DNA of 64,000 bases from Azolla caroliniana (taxonomy: Eukaryota > Plantae > Polypodiophyta): the NCBI GenBank assembly GCA_043228905.1, contig JBHGNT010000021.1, positions 7,564,001-7,628,000 on the forward strand. Direction: 5' to 3'. Position numbers and translations under genes: made by a program. Below are positions 59,801-64,000 of the stretch, piece by piece. The first letter of the stretch is position 1; every line of letters starts with the position of its first letter. The notes under the pieces are model-generated. The model was given only the letters and a program-made list of their open reading frames with translations. It made no database searches and had not been told where the DNA came from.

Positions 59801-62800
59801 ATGACACTAAAACTCAAAACATGCCAAACACCTGCTGCCATATAAAGGCATTACCTACTATCATATCGCCAAACACAAAGAAATTATCTAGCTTCAAATT
59901 TCCAAATCATCCATAAACCTAATCTTCCATCCAGCCTTTTATAACCGATGCCTTATGCAGCTAGATAACATTTCTACTTCAATTATGCTAAGATACAATC
60001 CTGCATGTTTTTTTCTTTGACGATGTGATCTATCCAAAGGATAAATATAATAGTTTTATTTTATGGTAGGCCTGTTTCTAGAAAATATTCAACACAATGT
60101 TATTTATTCTTCGTAAGGAAGGCTAGATAAATGTCTTGATAGTGAAATGAATGCCACTCTACCTTGATGAATGAACCTTCGAAACCAATTCAGAAGTGAT
60201 AGCAAATGTCCCAACAGCTGCAAGCCCCTGAATAATTTAAGATTTTAAGATATGCAATTCACTTGAGTGCAGAGCAGTTTATAAAAGCTTTGTGAATCAC
60301 TTGAGTTCTTCACTTTATTTGCAGAAGCATCTTTATAAAGCCTTTGTAGGAGGACTTTGTATGCTAAGATAGATGAGTCTTAAATTATGATAGTACTTTG
60401 TAAAACCAAAATATTTGGGGGTACGCATGAGAGAGAAAGATAAAATGAAAATGAAAAGAGGTAGACGTATAACAAAACACAAACCCAAAAAATGTACATG
60501 TGTTAAAAATTATAGATAAACTTTATTATTTTCTTTTGAGACCAAATATGACCTATGGGACTAAAAGTGAAACATTTTCTCATAGTATGAGCAGAATTAA
60601 GTAGAAACTCTTGATATTCAAGAACTTTACTACTGAACATTGCAATTGAGAGTGCACATTGTGAGAGGGAGAGAAATTTCTGTAGGAAGTGGACCAGATT
60701 GACAATGTGTGGAAAGAAAGAAAACTCAGATGTTGTCAAAGGCAGAGCATTGTATCAAAGTGTGAAGCTCAGACTGCAGAACTTGATCAAGGCAGAATAT
60801 TCTCAATTACAACTATATAAAAAGTGTTGCCATACCTTTGCATGGCAGCACAATGAATTCGCTAATGGCGTAAAACAACAAAGTTCCATATTTAATATCG
60901 TTATCGATTACTGTGGGCATGTCTCTTTTCGCAGCATGTATTTTATTGTAGCCAGCAGGTTTATATCTAAAATTGTGAACCTGTTCTATTATTGTCTCAT
61001 ACATTTTTAATACTTATAGAACTTGTTTTCACCATAGAAATACAAGTGAGACATTAATAAAACAACAAAGTTCCATATTTAATGGCGTAAAACAACAAAG
61101 TTCCATATTTAATATCGTTATCGATTACTGTGGGCATGTCTCTTTTCGCAGCATGTATTTTATTGTAGCCAGCAGGTTTATATCTAAAATTGTGAACCTG
61201 TTCTATTATTGTCTCATACATTTTTAATACTTATAGAACTTGTTTTCACCATAGAAATACAAGTGAGACATTAATAAAAAAATCATCTTCACCATTTTGT
61301 GTGTAAGAATCAGATGTTCATTAGGCAGCTTTGATGTTAGAGAAAACAGTGTTATTCAATGGGAGTAGACATGTCAGTAACTTGCAAGCCATAGGTTTGA
61401 AACAACTATTGAAATGCAATCTGTTTTCATTCAGGAAAAAACTAAAGAACCATGCATAAATTTTTGACTCTAGTTTTCACACAATCCAATCTTCAAAAAA
61501 TGCCACATCATCGAAAAAAGTAATGTCTTCTCTGTGTTTCAGATTAATGTAGAAAAATATCACATATCCAGTGCTACACAACCTTCTACTTTGCTGCTCC
61601 GTGCTGAACTTATCCTGTAACTACCCATATTGTACACTACTTTACCATGACAAATCCTCCCCTATCGTATAGAAAACATGAACATACATGCTATTATTTC
61701 TATGATGTTTGAGGAGACCTGCTTGTAGCTTTGACCTTTCAGACACTGTCTCTTTTTCTAGAGACAACAAATGCGTATATTCAGCACACATCAAACTTTC
61801 ATCTTATGAAGAGATATGTACTATAAAATAATATAATGTTAAAGATTCCAAGTTTTGAATATTTCTGGGTGAATGAAAGAAAATCTAGACTGCATGAAGG
61901 TCATGTAAGGAAGTATGAATTTCTCATGCAGTGTAAATGATGCTATGAGTTGTGCATAAAGAAAAGGTGAAATTGCATGCATCAACATTCATATCAAGTA
62001 CCCCCATGTACAAAATCTATTCCACTGAGTTTCTGTCACTTATCATGAGAGTATTGGGTGGCAAGCGAAGAACTCAAGAATTTGAGTTAGATAATCCAAT
62101 TCAAAAGCTAAGCTAATATGAGCCCATATGCAAAGTTATGATGATAACCCCAAAAGTGGTTATCTTTGATGTTCCGTATCAATACATGGTAACTCAAATA
62201 CATAAGCTATCAATGTCAATTCAGCAAAGGGATTACATAGTGAGCACAGATTATTTCCCAAAGATAGAATTTTATTTCAATTCAATCAGTTCTCCTCCAA
62301 AATGAAGAAAGGCCAACAGAATCATCAACAGCTATATATAAGAATGACATATGTCATTCATTGAGATTCCAACCATAATATGTTGCATTTCAATCCATCA
62401 GGGGAGCATAATTTATCAATTTGACTTAATCATAGAAATACATAAAAAGCCTCAGCAAAGGACGGGTTTTTTATCAACTATGTGAGTAATTATCAGCAGA
62501 GAACGTCTAATTTATGAAAGCATTGAAAAGTGATGAAATTTTTCATGCAAAAATAGAGTTTTCAATCAATGAAGTCAATTATGCATATGTATAGTTTATT
62601 GCCCCACTCATCTAAGAACGATGTGTGTCCTTCAGCTAGCCATATATCATGTTGTCCATCAATGAAGAGCGCCTAATTTATCGACTCCCCTCTAAGTATA
62701 GAAAGATATAAAATCATAAGCAAGAACAAAGTTTTGGATCAATTAAATCTATTACGTAAGTAGCTACCAGAGTCTGAATATTATAACATTACTCTACACA

Positions 62801-63481
62801 AGAATGGCATGTGTCATTCATCCAACCATATGCCAATAAAAGAAAGCATACATAATTTACGATAGAAATTTGGATAAAAGAGGCCATCTCAATACAAAAG
62901 CAATCATAAGCATCATTAATAATAACAAGGAAGCAGATGTTCACAATGAATTTCTTTGTTTGAAGATTGGACAACTACATCACTTGCATGTACAAAAGCA
63001 TTACGCTCACAAAGTCAGGATCCATTATATTTGATGCTTTGAAATTCTTGATGACAAAATATGAAATTGATGTATATGTATATAATTCGAGAAACAATCA
63101 TTCCTAAAACACGAAAAATAAAAACAGGCGAGTGGATAAGGCTGAGTATGAGTATGAGTATGAGAACGAGATAGAATGCATAATTCAAGAGCAAAACAAA
63201 GGGGGGCAGGCAGGAAGGAAACAAAATACAAGCACACCGCAGACATTAGAAAAGCAAAAGCAGGGAACAGCAAGAAAATCAAACTAGCCAAAAATAGAGA
63301 AAGGGCCAAGGAAGGCACGAACCGCAACAGTGAAGGATGCGCCTGCCGTGACGAGGCCAGGTAGACCGAAACCTCGGAGGGCATTGTCGCGGAAGTCATA
63401 GACTGCATCATGAGCTGCTTCGCGAAACACAGACCCCACATCAGACACAGTCCTGCGGAGGGCCCCCAAGAACTTCTCCAT
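56805..63481 (-). CDS. EMB2737: EMB2737-like protein with a DnaJ-type cysteine-rich (CxxCxGxG) zinc finger, about 11 exons
   Basis: Exon translations ALRGFGLP, GLAAVGTFAI, DCKTCCGWGSLRCKMCSGTG, PLPYKKCPECHGT, GESTCHECN, MDVPWK, HDPSLA...YDDDVK, RKPGWEKLQ, DPTVIQDIPYYK, PPRP and ILTAAWTKEWRQ follow the motif order I recall for Arabidopsis EMB2737. Start codon and last exon are approximate. Confidence 0.75.
60864..61279. repeat. ~200-bp tandem duplication in intron 1 of the EMB2737-like gene
   Basis: 60864-~61060 repeats at 61081-~61279, with a short internal copy as filler. Confidence 0.9.
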
Positions 63482-63814
63482 GAAAACCTTGGAATGCAGC
63501 ACCACCAAGAATGGCTACTCAACAACAACAACAACAACAGTCTCTCTCTCACTCTCACTCACACTCACTCTCTGTGTACTGTGTCTGTGTCTGTGTCTGT
63601 GTGTGTTCCAAATCCTCACATAAATCCTGCTCTCTGTGTCTGTGTCTGTGTCTGTGTGTGTTCCAAATCCTCACATAAATCCTGCTCTCTCTCTGCTATG
63701 CCATGCTATGCTATATCTATATCCCCTTCCAATGGAACACTATCTTTTCTATAGACTGCATATACTGTACTACTGTACAATGTACATACCCACCATCATC
63801 AACTTCTCGGTGGT

Positions 63815-63900
63815 GGTGTCCGGTGTCCGGCCCCAATATCCGGTGTCCAACCTAGTGTCCGGTGTCCGCCCTAGTGTCTGGTGTCCGCAACCGGACATCT
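63815..63900. repeat. Cluster of GGTGTCC/CCGGACA motifs, possibly a subterminal region of a DNA transposon
   Basis: About seven GTGTCC copies and one inverted copy within ~85 bp. Confidence 0.45.
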
Positions 63901-64000
63901 CTCCAACTCAACCCGTTTCCCACTGTTAACAATACCCGTCAAAGGTAACTAGTGCTTAGTTGCACTAAACTAGTCTTAAGATCTTCCTCCTCTCCATGTT

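Noticed and set aside
63025-63929. Long ORFs around the EMB2737-like 5' end
   Set aside because: Low-complexity (CT/GT/CAA repeat) or antisense translations. Only the MEKFLG...RGFGLP frame matches the family.

Overview
Eukaryotic, intron-containing land-plant DNA. A non-seed plant such as a fern is likely; this is inferred from the Tcn1-type chromovirus and the Sola-type transposon. Bases 1-~41,800 form a five-level nest of mobile elements: an outer LTR element (3' LTR 39776-40220) holds an old Ty1/copia (1-39640), which holds a degenerate non-chromovirus Ty3/gypsy (394-~32871), which holds a 23.4-kb TIR DNA transposon (3221-26594), which holds two young LTR elements. Those two are a pol-less gypsy derivative (8893-14480) and a Tcn1-like chromovirus (17313-23095). 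An intact young copia (33272-38598) also sits inside the old copia. The most unusual element is the DNA transposon. It has 25-bp GGG-terminated TIRs, a 4-bp AATA TSD and a Sola2-type DDD transposase, and measures about 12 kb without its guests. It carries convergent accessory genes (a RING-finger protein and an FCP1/HAD-like ORF). Two ~1.7-kb introns are made almost entirely of the 14-bp palindrome TAGCTAATTAGCTA, which also flanks both TIRs. The right third holds two host genes on the minus strand: a MUT9-like/HD16-type casein kinase 1 (44184-49170) and a divergent EMB2737-like DnaJ-type zinc-finger gene (56805-63481). Decayed copia and tRNA-derived remnants lie between them. All boundaries and splice sites were read by eye and no database search was run.
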